A stretch of 63,831 bases of DNA, the filler included, from a bacterium (GTDB taxonomy: Bacteria; UBP15; UBA6099; JAJRTR01), in NCBI GenBank assembly GCA_024278215.1. It is 5 parts of 5 records of this genome, joined end to end, with 100 filler letters (N's around TTAATTAATTAA, not from the genome) between each part and the next. Parts side by side here need not be neighbours in the genome. Positions count along the whole stretch, not along the records: positions 44,514 to 63,831 come from JAJRTR010000061.1; 4 more parts are not named here. One strand, written 5' to 3'. Positions 51,494-60,128 of the stretch are shown here, piece by piece. The notes beneath the pieces were generated by a model. That model was not told the origin of the DNA. It saw only the letters and a program-made list of their open reading frames with translations, and ran no database searches. Each line of letters starts with the position of its first letter. Position 1 is the stretch's first letter. The position numbers and the translations under genes are program-made.

Positions 51494-53983
51494 ATGGGCA
51501 TCACATCTGCACTGGTGGCCGCTTCCGTGCAACTCGGCGTCCTGTGGCAGAGCGTCCACTTCTTCCTTTTTAAAGGACGCCTGGCGCTGCACCACCTCGA
51601 GCCAGTTGATCTTGTGTCCGTCGAGGAACGGGCCGTCGACACATGCAAATTTCGTCTCGTCGCCGAGCGAAACCCTGCACGCGCCGCACATTCCGGTGCC
51701 GTCGAGCATCAGCGGGTTCATCGCTGTCTGAGTCGGCACGCCGAGTTCTTTTGTGACATCCGAAACGAGCATCATCATGAACGTGCAGCCGATGATGTAT
51801 GACTGGTCGATCTTCTCTCCGCGACCGTCCAGCATTGAAATCACTTCCTGGATGCCGCCTTTCATCCCGACCGAGCCGTCCTTGGTGACAATAATGAATT
51901 CGTCGGAAACTTCACGCAGTTTATCTTCCCAGTGGAGCAGGTAGTGGGCAGCGGCCTCTTCGATGCAGATAACTTTGTTGCCCGCTTCCTTCATGGCGCG
52001 GGCGATGGGCAGCATCGCGCCTACCCCGTAGCAGCCGCCGGCGCATACAACTGTGCCGTACTTTTTAACTTCCACTGGTTCGCCGAGTGGTCCGGCGAAG
52101 TGAGCCAGGTGGTCGCCGGTCCTGAGTTTTGCAAGTTCGCGGCTGGACCTGCCTACCTCGAGTGTCACGAGTGTTACTGTACCCTTTTCCGGATCAAAGT
52201 CTGATATTGTATATGGTATTCTTTCGGATTTTTCGTTTGCCATCGCGATGACGAACTGCCCGGGTTTGCATGTGGTCGCGATCTCGGGCGCGAGCACAGT
52301 CGTCATGAATGTGTTGGGGACGATCTCGACTTTTTCGAGAATTCTGAACGGTTTATCGTCGTCTGGTTCGACAGTCGATTTATCCGCCTCGGATGTTTTT
52401 CCCTTCGTACCGATTGCGCTTAGCCCGCACACTATTCCGGAAAGTTTGTGGCCTCTGTAATACTTCGGCAGCGCGTCCACGTCGTCGCAGGGCGACGGTT
52501 CGGGAGCGGCGGGTTTTTCGACTTTAAAGTTATTGTCTGCCAGCTCTTTTGTGATGGCCGCCGCATTGTCGAAACTGAAACCGTCCGCGCCCATCTTCTT
52601 CGCCAGTTCGCAGACGAGTTGCCAGTCGGCAAGTTGTCCGCGCGGGGGGCGGGCAGCGGCCTTCACTGCCTTTACTTCACCTGCGGTATTAAGGAACGTG
52701 CCGTCGACTTCCGTAAGCGCCGCCGCGGGCAGGAACACGTCGGCGGCGAGTTTTGCTTTCGAATCATACAGGTCGGCTACAATCAGGGCGTCGAGCGCGT
52801 CAAGTGCCGTGTCGGCTATGAATGCGCCGGTCGTGTAGACGGCCTTCGCGCCGCCCGTGCCGACCGGTTCGCCGTCGGCTTTCGCGACGATGAAGTTATC
52901 CGACTTCATGACATCTGTCGTAAATTTTCTTAATATGTAAAGTTCCTCGCGCGTCGCCTGTTCGTGAGCGATCATGGCGAATTGCGAGCCGGAGAAGGCC
53001 TTAAGTTTCGCGGCGGCCTGTTCGAGCGCGTCGTCGAGGCCGGTTTTGATAAGACCGTCTTCCACACGTATCAAGCAGGACATTTCCCTTGCGGGATTGT
53101 CGAGCAGTTGCGCGGTCGCGAAACGACCGACAGCACATATACGTGCTTCACGCGCCGGTTCGGTCATACTCGTGGCGACAGCCTGTCCGTCTTTGATTTT
53201 GAGTTTCAGCGAACAGCCCTGAGCGCAGAGGATGCAGGTTGAGAGTTCTTCGGAATCCGGCGCGCCGTGCCATTTAGCGAACCGGTCGGTTAATGTGCCT
53301 GTGGGGCATATATCGATGCAGGCGCCGCAGAACTTGCAGTTGGTTTCCACATGCAGTCGGTCGAAAGCAGTGCCGATGCGGGCGTCTTTGCCGCGGTTCT
53401 GGAAGTCGATGGCGGCCTTGCCGTGTATCTTTTTGCAAATTCGGGCGCAACGACCGCAGAGCACGCAGAGGTTATAATCGCGGTCCATGAACGGGTCGTC
53501 GCGCTCAATATCCATATTCTTATATATGATAGGCAGATCGAATTCAGTGATGTTGTGTTCAAAGGAAAGTTCGCGCAATTCACAGTCGTCGCGGTTGCTG
53601 CAGAAAGTGCAGCGGGTGGCTTTGCCGGTTTTGAACGGGCGGGGGCGGTACTTCTCGCACAGGTCCCTGTGGTAGCATACGAGGCAGGGACTGGTGTGTC
53701 CGCTGAGCATTAGTTTAAGGATTTCCCGGCGTGTTTCGATTATCTCATCGGTTTTAGTGTTGACGACCATGCCGTCGTCGGCGGGCGTAGTGCAGGAAGT
53801 GGGGTTGCCGCGCACGCCTTCGATGTTGACGATGCAAAGCCGGCAGGCGCCGTATGGTTCGAGTGCGGGGTGGGCGCAAAGCGTAGGGATTCTTATCCCG
53901 GCTCTCTGTGCCGCTTCGAGGACGGTGTCGCCCTGTTGCGCCCTTACTTCCTGTCCGTCTATAGTAAGTGTGATTTCGCTCAT
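51491..53983 (-). CDS. NuoG/BfuA-like Fe-S protein fused to an NfnA/SudB-like FAD/NAD-[2Fe-2S] domain
   Basis: N-terminal IPTLC..GACRLC, CVLCGRC, CKFCGAC, STCILCAQGC; C-terminal PGQFVI, ERIPYTI, GPLG, DGTGMCGACRV, ACVDGP. Confidence 0.88.
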   Translation of the reverse strand: MSEITLTIDGQEVRAQQGDTVLEAAQRAGIRIPTLCAHPALEPYGACRLCIVNIEGVRGNPTSCTTPADDGMVVNTKTDEIIETRREILKLMLSGHTSPCLVCYHRDLCEKYRPRPFKTGKATRCTFCSNRDDCELRELSFEHNITEFDLPIIYKNMDIERDDPFMDRDYNLCVLCGRCARICKKIHGKAAIDFQNRGKDARIGTAFDRLHVETNCKFCGACIDICPTGTLTDRFAKWHGAPDSEELSTCILCAQGCSLKLKIKDGQAVATSMTEPAREARICAVGRFATAQLLDNPAREMSCLIRVEDGLIKTGLDDALEQAAAKLKAFSGSQFAMIAHEQATREELYILRKFTTDVMKSDNFIVAKADGEPVGTGGAKAVYTTGAFIADTALDALDALIVADLYDSKAKLAADVFLPAAALTEVDGTFLNTAGEVKAVKAAARPPRGQLADWQLVCELAKKMGADGFSFDNAAAITKELADNNFKVEKPAAPEPSPCDDVDALPKYYRGHKLSGIVCGLSAIGTKGKTSEADKSTVEPDDDKPFRILEKVEIVPNTFMTTVLAPEIATTCKPGQFVIAMANEKSERIPYTISDFDPEKGTVTLVTLEVGRSSRELAKLRTGDHLAHFAGPLGEPVEVKKYGTVVCAGGCYGVGAMLPIARAMKEAGNKVICIEEAAAHYLLHWEDKLREVSDEFIIVTKDGSVGMKGGIQEVISMLDGRGEKIDQSYIIGCTFMMMLVSDVTKELGVPTQTAMNPLMLDGTGMCGACRVSLGDETKFACVDGPFLDGHKINWLEVVQRQASFKKEEVDALPQDAELHGSGHQCRCDAH

Positions 53984-54053
53984 TGCAATCCTTCCTTATT
54001 TAAAAGCTTTCCGCGTCACATTCCGAAATTCGGAACGATGGTTCAAAATATTA

Positions 54054-54081
54054 GGCCCGCATTGGTGAAATATGCGGGTTA
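54054..54081 (-). repeat. Short palindromic repeat starting at the TAA stop of the NuoF fusion
   Basis: Reverse complement TAACCCGCATATTTCACCAATGCGGGCC. Confidence 0.8.
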
Positions 54082-57000
54082 GTGTCCTTTCGGCTGTTTC
54101 GACGAATGCTCCAGCGCTTCGAGGTCGCATCTCAGGCAGCGTTTCGCTTCGAGAACGGCGGCTGCGGTGGTGATTCTTTCCTCGACTTCATCAAATGTTA
54201 TTTTCCTGATGCCGCCCGGCACATGTGGTATAGCCGGGCGTGCTAGTCTCTCGATCTCTTCGTCGGTAAGTTCGACCGGCGGCACATATTCACAAGGTTT
54301 CAGCGACCGGTATTTGCGTTTAACGACTCTGCCCGAGAGGAACCTGCGGATACTGCGTGCCGCAATTTTTCCGTGACTTATGGCAGTCACGACGTTCAAC
54401 GGTCCCGTTACCATATCGCCGCCCGCGAAAACGCCTTCGATGTCGCCGAGATTCGTTTCCCTGTCGACAATAAGCGTACCCTTACGGGATGTTTCAAGTC
54501 GTTTTTCCAGTTTACCATTTTCAAGGAACTCGAGGCTGGAAGTCTGCCCGATAGCGACAATGACTGTGTCGCATTCGATGACATAATCCGAGCCATCGAC
54601 CGGAATCGGGCGGGGCCTTCCGCCTTCTTTCCGGGGTGGACCCAGTTCCATTTTGACACATTCGAGTCCAATGATCCTGTCTTCTTTGACGACGACCTTT
54701 TTCGGGCCGGCGAGGAACTTTATTTCGATGCCTTCTTCCTGAAGTTGTTCGATTTCCTCTTCGAGCGCCGGCATCTGTTCCATAGCGCGGCGGTAAACGA
54801 TGAACACTTCCTTTGCGCCGAGCCTCAGCGCGGTGCGTGCCGAGTCGACAGCGACGTTCCCTCCGCCGATGACAGCGACGGTATCTCCGATATTAACATC
54901 GCGCCTGCGGTTTACATCCGCCAGGAATTTGACGCCGTACAAGACACTTTCATGTTCTGCGCCTTCGATCGGGAGATCGAACGGTTTGTGTGCTCCGACC
55001 GCCAGGAACACCGCGTCGTAGCCGTCACGTTTGAGTTGGCCTATTGTGAAATCCTTGCCGAGTTCCTGTCTGGTTTTTATCTCGACGCCGAGAGCCTTGA
55101 TGTAATTGATGTCATAATCGAGTACACGCCACGGCAGCCTGTATTCAGGAATGCCGACCGCGAGCATACCGCCGGGCACGCCGAGTTTCTCGAATATCGT
55201 GCATTGATAGCCCCACTGCTGAAGATAATAGGCCGCCGCGAGACCCGCCGGTCCCGAGCCGACGATGGCGATTTTCTGTTCCTGCGTAACTTCCGCTTTC
55301 TCCGGCATAAGCCGGTTGCGCCGTTCGTAGCTCGACGCGAATCGTTTCAGCGCGCGGATAGCGATGGGGTCACCCTCTTTTCCGGCTTCGCAGTTCCTTT
55401 CGCACGGATGGGGACATACGCGACCGCATATTCCGGGCAGCGGATTTTCGACGCGCACAACGCGAATGGCGTCCTCGAAATGTCCACGCGCGATATGCCC
55501 GATATACACAGGTACGTCCTGGTTTATCGGACATGTGTACTGGCAGGGTGATGAAATAAGGCTCTTGCAGACCATCGCGTCGCAACGTTTGCGTCTTATG
55601 TGGTCGACGAATTCATCCTTAAAAAAGCGGAGCGCGCTCAGAACAGGATTCGGCATCGTCTGCCCGAGCCCGCAGAGCGAGCCGTTTTTGACTGTTTTCG
55701 CGAGTTTTTCGAGCTTGTCGAGATAGCTCATGTCCGCCCGGCCTTCGATTATATCTGTGAGAAGTCTCAGCAGATGTTGCGAACCCATCCGGCACGGCAC
55801 ACACTTTCCGCAAGATTCACTATGCGTGAAGTCCAGGAAGTATCTTGTAACATCGACCATGCAGGAGGTGTTGTCCATAACGATCATGCCGCCGGAGCCC
55901 ATTATCGAACCGACTTTCGCCAGTTCGTCGTAATCGACTTTCAGGTCCGCGAGTCTTGCCGGTACGCTTCCGCCGGACGGCCCGCCGGTCTGGACCGCCT
56001 TGAACTTTTTGCCCTTCGGTATGCCGCCGCCGATGTCGAAAATAATTTCATGTATTGTTATACCCATCGGCACTTCGATAAGGCCGGTGCGCTTGATCTT
56101 GCCCGCCAGCGCGAATGTCTTTGTCCCCCTGCTTTTCTCGGTTCCATAGCCGGCGAACCACTCGGCGCCCCTGTACAATATCGCGGAAACATTCGCGAGT
56201 GTTTCAACATTATTTATATTTGTCGGCTTGCCGTGCAGACCCGCCTGTGCCGGGAACGGCGGCCTGGGCCGCGGCATCCCGCGCTTGCCCTCGATGGATG
56301 CCATAAGCGACGTTTCTTCGCCGCAGACGAACGCGCCGGCACCCATTTTTATTTTTATATCCAGATTGAAACCGGTTCCCATGATATTTTCGCCGAGGAA
56401 ACCGAGTTCCTTCATCTGCCGTATAGCGTTTTCGATCCGCGCGATGGCCAGCGGGTACTCCGCGCGTGCGTATACTATCGCCTTCGTCGCACCGATGGCG
56501 TAAGCGCCGATGGCGAGTCCTTCGAGCACCGCGTGGGGGTCGCTCTCGAGCACCGCGCGGTCCATGAACGCGCCGGGGTCACCCTCGTCCGCATTGCAGA
56601 TCATATACTTCTGGTCCGACTCTGACCTCAGCGCGAAACCCCATTTGACACCTGTGGGGAAACCCGCCCCGCCGCGCCCGCGCAGTCCCGAGGCTTTCAC
56701 TTCGTCGCAGACTTCCTGCTGCGTCATGCCGAGAGCGCGTACGAGTCCTTTATAGCCGTCGCGCGCCAGGTAGTGGTTCACATTCGTCGGGTCGGTGTGG
56801 CCTGCGTTTCTGAGTACGACACGCACCTGCGGCTTGATCATCGGCAGTTCCTCGAACTTCGGAATGTCGTCGACCGCCACATCGCCGAACGTACACATAG
56901 CTTTTTCGCTGACCACCTCGCCACCGACAATAAGTTTGCCGACAAGTTTCGAGACAAGCTCGGGCGATACGTCGCGGTACATGATACGCCTGCCGTCGCT

Positions 57001-57231
57001 CAATCCGATTTCGACGAGCGGTTCGGCGTAGCACATGCCGAGACAGCCGACCTCGACGATGTCGGCGTCGACGGATTTTTCCGCCAGTTCTTTTTCGAAC
57101 TCGGCACGCACGGCATCGGCGCCGGCGGCGCGTCCGCAGGTAGCCGCGCCTATCAATATTCTCGGTTTTTCAAGCCGATTGAAATCTTCCCATTCGGTTA
57201 CAGCCTGCTTCCTGATATCATCGAACTTCAT
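54079..57231 (-). CDS. NuoF/BfuB-like subunit fused to a GltD/NfnB-like domain (StnB-like)
   Basis: SGLRGRGGAGFPTG, CNADEGDPGAFMDR, GAFVCGEET, ESCGKCVPCR; then GRVCPHPCE, GSGPAG, GIPEYRLP, GGGNVAVD, EAKRCLRC. Confidence 0.92.
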   Translation of the reverse strand: MKFDDIRKQAVTEWEDFNRLEKPRILIGAATCGRAAGADAVRAEFEKELAEKSVDADIVEVGCLGMCYAEPLVEIGLSDGRRIMYRDVSPELVSKLVGKLIVGGEVVSEKAMCTFGDVAVDDIPKFEELPMIKPQVRVVLRNAGHTDPTNVNHYLARDGYKGLVRALGMTQQEVCDEVKASGLRGRGGAGFPTGVKWGFALRSESDQKYMICNADEGDPGAFMDRAVLESDPHAVLEGLAIGAYAIGATKAIVYARAEYPLAIARIENAIRQMKELGFLGENIMGTGFNLDIKIKMGAGAFVCGEETSLMASIEGKRGMPRPRPPFPAQAGLHGKPTNINNVETLANVSAILYRGAEWFAGYGTEKSRGTKTFALAGKIKRTGLIEVPMGITIHEIIFDIGGGIPKGKKFKAVQTGGPSGGSVPARLADLKVDYDELAKVGSIMGSGGMIVMDNTSCMVDVTRYFLDFTHSESCGKCVPCRMGSQHLLRLLTDIIEGRADMSYLDKLEKLAKTVKNGSLCGLGQTMPNPVLSALRFFKDEFVDHIRRKRCDAMVCKSLISSPCQYTCPINQDVPVYIGHIARGHFEDAIRVVRVENPLPGICGRVCPHPCERNCEAGKEGDPIAIRALKRFASSYERRNRLMPEKAEVTQEQKIAIVGSGPAGLAAAYYLQQWGYQCTIFEKLGVPGGMLAVGIPEYRLPWRVLDYDINYIKALGVEIKTRQELGKDFTIGQLKRDGYDAVFLAVGAHKPFDLPIEGAEHESVLYGVKFLADVNRRRDVNIGDTVAVIGGGNVAVDSARTALRLGAKEVFIVYRRAMEQMPALEEEIEQLQEEGIEIKFLAGPKKVVVKEDRIIGLECVKMELGPPRKEGGRPRPIPVDGSDYVIECDTVIVAIGQTSSLEFLENGKLEKRLETSRKGTLIVDRETNLGDIEGVFAGGDMVTGPLNVVTAISHGKIAARSIRRFLSGRVVKRKYRSLKPCEYVPPVELTDEEIERLARPAIPHVPGGIRKITFDEVEERITTAAAVLEAKRCLRCDLEALEHSSKQPKGH

Positions 57232-57698
57232 TCTATCTCCTTAAGAATCTGCTTTGCCTTCTGAGGTGTCATGCGCCCGTATACTGTCTTGTCGATAACC
57301 ATGACCGGGGCGAGTGCGCAGGAACCGAAACACGCCACGCGGTCGATACTGAACTTGTAGTCCGGTGTCGTCTCGCCGGGTCCGATACCCAGTTGTTTGC
57401 ATACTTCGCTCATTATCCGCTTCCCGCCGCGCACATGGCAGGCCGTACCCTGGCACACCCGCACGATGTGGTCGCCGGGCCGGGTGAAACGGAACTGGGC
57501 GTAAAATGTCGCCACCCCGTATATTTCATTTTCGGAAACGCCAAGGTATTCCGATATTTCCTTCACCGCAGCCTCGGATATGTAACTATTCTTTGATTGT
57601 ACTTCCTGGAGGATGGGTATCAAGCTTGAACGCTCGATTTCATACTTCTCGAAAATCGGTTTCAATTCATTTGAAATATTCTTTTCTGCCGTTGGCAA
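57228..57698 (-). CDS. NuoE/BfuC-like [2Fe-2S] subunit
   Basis: VATFY, VCQGTACHVRG, VACFGSCALAP. Confidence 0.92.
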   Translation of the reverse strand: MPTAEKNISNELKPIFEKYEIERSSLIPILQEVQSKNSYISEAAVKEISEYLGVSENEIYGVATFYAQFRFTRPGDHIVRVCQGTACHVRGGKRIMSEVCKQLGIGPGETTPDYKFSIDRVACFGSCALAPVMVIDKTVYGRMTPQKAKQILKEIE

Positions 57699-57839
57699 GT
57701 TGTCCTACCACCTTCCTGTCGCATTATCATATTGATTCATATCCGTGCAGTCCTGCAATACACAATAACAGCAGACGATACAATACACCGATAGTAATGA
57801 TTCAAAAAAGTTAAAAAAGATTCGTGCCGCGAAAAAAAA

Positions 57840-58466
57840 TCAGTCGCCGTAATATTGGACTACAAGTTCCGCTACAAGTTGCGTGATGTCTTCTTCGCAG
57901 CCGCCGCATTCCGTGCCGCACTTTGTGCGCTCCTGCACAGCCTCGAACGTTTTCGCGCCGTGCTCGACAGCTTCCTCGATCTCTCCCCTTGTGACAGCCA
58001 GGCACTCGCAAAGGATGTCTTCCTTGCGCCGCGCGTCAATCCTGTCTTCCTGGCCGGACTTTCTGAAATACTCCTCGACCGCCGCTCTCAGCGCCTTATC
58101 GCCGAGCACCGAGCAGTGTATCTTCTGATCGGGAAGCCCGTCCAGTTCATTTATAATATCCTGCGGTGTCAGCCGCATCGCCTCGTCCAGCTTCATACCG
58201 ACAACCATCGTCGAAAGCATGGATGTGCTGCCGATGGCGCTGGCACAGCCGAATGTTTTCCACTTGCAATCCGCAATAGTATCATTCTCTTTGTCGACCT
58301 TGATCCAGACTTTCATCATGTCGCCGCAGGACATGCTGCCGACCTCGCCGACCCCGTCCGCGGCATAAGTCTCTTCGTCCTCGGTCATTATATTCCGAGG
58401 ATTGAAAAAGTGATCCTTAACTTTTTCGGAATATACCCAACCCTGTCCATCCTGTGATTCCGCCAT
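57840..58466 (-). CDS. nifU: NifU/IscU-type Fe-S scaffold with C-terminal BFD-like [2Fe-2S] domain
   Basis: YSEKVKDHFFNPRN, SCGDMM, FGCASAI, KIHCS, CEC...GTECGGC. Confidence 0.88.
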   Translation of the reverse strand: MAESQDGQGWVYSEKVKDHFFNPRNIMTEDEETYAADGVGEVGSMSCGDMMKVWIKVDKENDTIADCKWKTFGCASAIGSTSMLSTMVVGMKLDEAMRLTPQDIINELDGLPDQKIHCSVLGDKALRAAVEEYFRKSGQEDRIDARRKEDILCECLAVTRGEIEEAVEHGAKTFEAVQERTKCGTECGGCEEDITQLVAELVVQYYGD

Positions 58467-58815
58467 GTTCATCACCCGCTTCTTTGCAGTATACTTTTGC
58501 ATGTCCGGGCCACCGCGGACGGACGTCCGAGAGGGCGCGTACAATACAAGCGTAAAGTATAGCATCGGTTTTTTCAATCCGAAAGTGGTATAAAAAAGTC
58601 GGGCGCGCGACATGTTTAATCTGTCATGCCGAAGAGCCGACCGGATTTTATGCTGCGGCGTTATACCGGCGCAGGCACATCACATCCGGCAGGCAATGAA
58701 AAAATCTTGAAATCTTTTCAATACTGCCTAAAGATAGTAAAGTTAAAGTATGTGTTTCACCATAAATGCCGGGACTCCGCCCCGGAACATGAATAAATAA
58801 AAGGAACAAGGAACA

Positions 58816-59847
58816 ATGGAAAAAGCAGACCTTAACTTCTCGGAACTGCCTTTCAGTTACCAGAAAACCGACTTCAACATACGTTACCGTTTCAAAGACG
58901 GACAATGGGACAAAGGCGAACTCACCGGATCAACGGACATCTCACTGCATATTGCCGCGCAGTGCCTCCACTACGGTCAGCTCGTATTTGAAGGCCTGAA
59001 AGTATTCGAGCGGCCCGATGGCCAGGCCCAGACTTTCAGACTCGAGGAAAACGCAAAGCGTATGGCGCACTCTGCGGAAAAACTCCTCATGGAACCCGTC
59101 CCGATCGAGTTGTTTAAGGAAGCTGTCCATCGAGTCGTAGACGCAAACAGGAAATACATACCGCCCTACGGAAGTGGCGCGAGCCTCTATGTGAGACCCT
59201 ATCTTATCGGCAGCGGAATCCAGCTCGGCGTCAACCCGTCATCTGAATATCTCTTCATCGTATTCGTGTCGCCCGTGGGCCCCTATTATAAAGGTTCCGG
59301 GCTTTCCTGCGTGCATCTTCTCGTCGAGGAGGAAGTGGACCGCGCCGCACCCATGGGCACAGGTGACATCAAGGCCGCCGGAAACTACGCCGCCGGCCTG
59401 CGCGCCTCGATCGGCGCAAAGAGGAAAGGCTTCAGCGAGTGTCTGTACCTCGACGCGAAAGAAAATAAGTACATCGACGAGTCCGGCACATCCAACTTCA
59501 TCGGCATCACCGCCGACAACAAGTATGTCACGCCGAAATCGCCTTCAATCCTGCCCAGCATCACAAACAAGAGCATCATTCAGATAGCGAAGGACGATGG
59601 AATAACAGTCGAGCGGCGTCCCATCGCAGTCGACGAACTCGAAAGTTTCGTCGAATGCGGCTGCGTCGGCACGGCAGCGGTTATCTCACCAGTAGGCAGC
59701 ATTACATGGAGAGATAAAAAGATCGTATATGGCGACGGCGAAAACGCCGGTCCCGTCACAATAAAGCTATACAACAAGCTTTCGGGCATCCAGTCGGGCA
59801 AAGACGAAGACCCCTACGGCTGGACGGAAATCGTACCGGCAGGCTGA
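58816..59847 (+). CDS. ilvE: Branched-chain amino acid aminotransferase
   Basis: LHYGQLVFEGLK, SLYVRP, KAAGNYA, ILPSIT, GTAAVISPV. Confidence 0.95.
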   Translation: MEKADLNFSELPFSYQKTDFNIRYRFKDGQWDKGELTGSTDISLHIAAQCLHYGQLVFEGLKVFERPDGQAQTFRLEENAKRMAHSAEKLLMEPVPIELFKEAVHRVVDANRKYIPPYGSGASLYVRPYLIGSGIQLGVNPSSEYLFIVFVSPVGPYYKGSGLSCVHLLVEEEVDRAAPMGTGDIKAAGNYAAGLRASIGAKRKGFSECLYLDAKENKYIDESGTSNFIGITADNKYVTPKSPSILPSITNKSIIQIAKDDGITVERRPIAVDELESFVECGCVGTAAVISPVGSITWRDKKIVYGDGENAGPVTIKLYNKLSGIQSGKDEDPYGWTEIVPAG

Positions 59848-59910
59848 GTCGCGACAGTGTCTTTCGAGCCGCCTGCAATAATCGTTGTATACCTGCGAAC
59901 CGTTGCTGTC

Positions 59911-59938
59911 TTGACATTGAATTTAAGAGTCTTAAAAT
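59911..59938 (+). promoter_or_regulatory. Sigma70-type promoter of tRNA-His
   Basis: TTGACA-N16-TAAAAT, about 20 nt upstream of the tRNA. Confidence 0.7.
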
Positions 59939-59957
59939 ATATTCCGGTTTATGAGAT

Positions 59958-60032
59958 GGTGAGTGTAGCTTAGTCGGTTAAAGCGCCAGATTGTGGATCT
60001 GGAGATCGGGGGTTCGAGTCCCCTCATTCACC
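59958..60032 (+). tRNA. tRNA-His (GTG)
   Basis: G-1, acceptor GTGAGTG/CATTCAC, C73, anticodon arm CCAGA-TTGTGGA-TCTGG, GGTTCGAGTCC T arm. Confidence 0.95.
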
Positions 60033-60038
60033 CATAGC

Positions 60039-60068
60039 AAAAAGCCCGGTCGAGGCCGGGCTTTTTTT
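60039..60068. terminator. Bidirectional intrinsic terminator
   Basis: AAAAAGCCCGG-TCGAGG-CCGGGCTTTTTTT between the convergent tRNA-His and protease genes. Confidence 0.85.
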
Positions 60069-60128
60069 ACTATTTTCCTGTTGAAGAGTACTCGCGCAGG
60101 AAGTTATCCGCATGTTTCGCTGATGCGG

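Noticed and set aside
51491-57698. [FeFe]-hydrogenase, formate dehydrogenase or complex I
   Set aside because: No H-cluster motifs, the molybdopterin-like region is short and degenerate, and there are no membrane subunits
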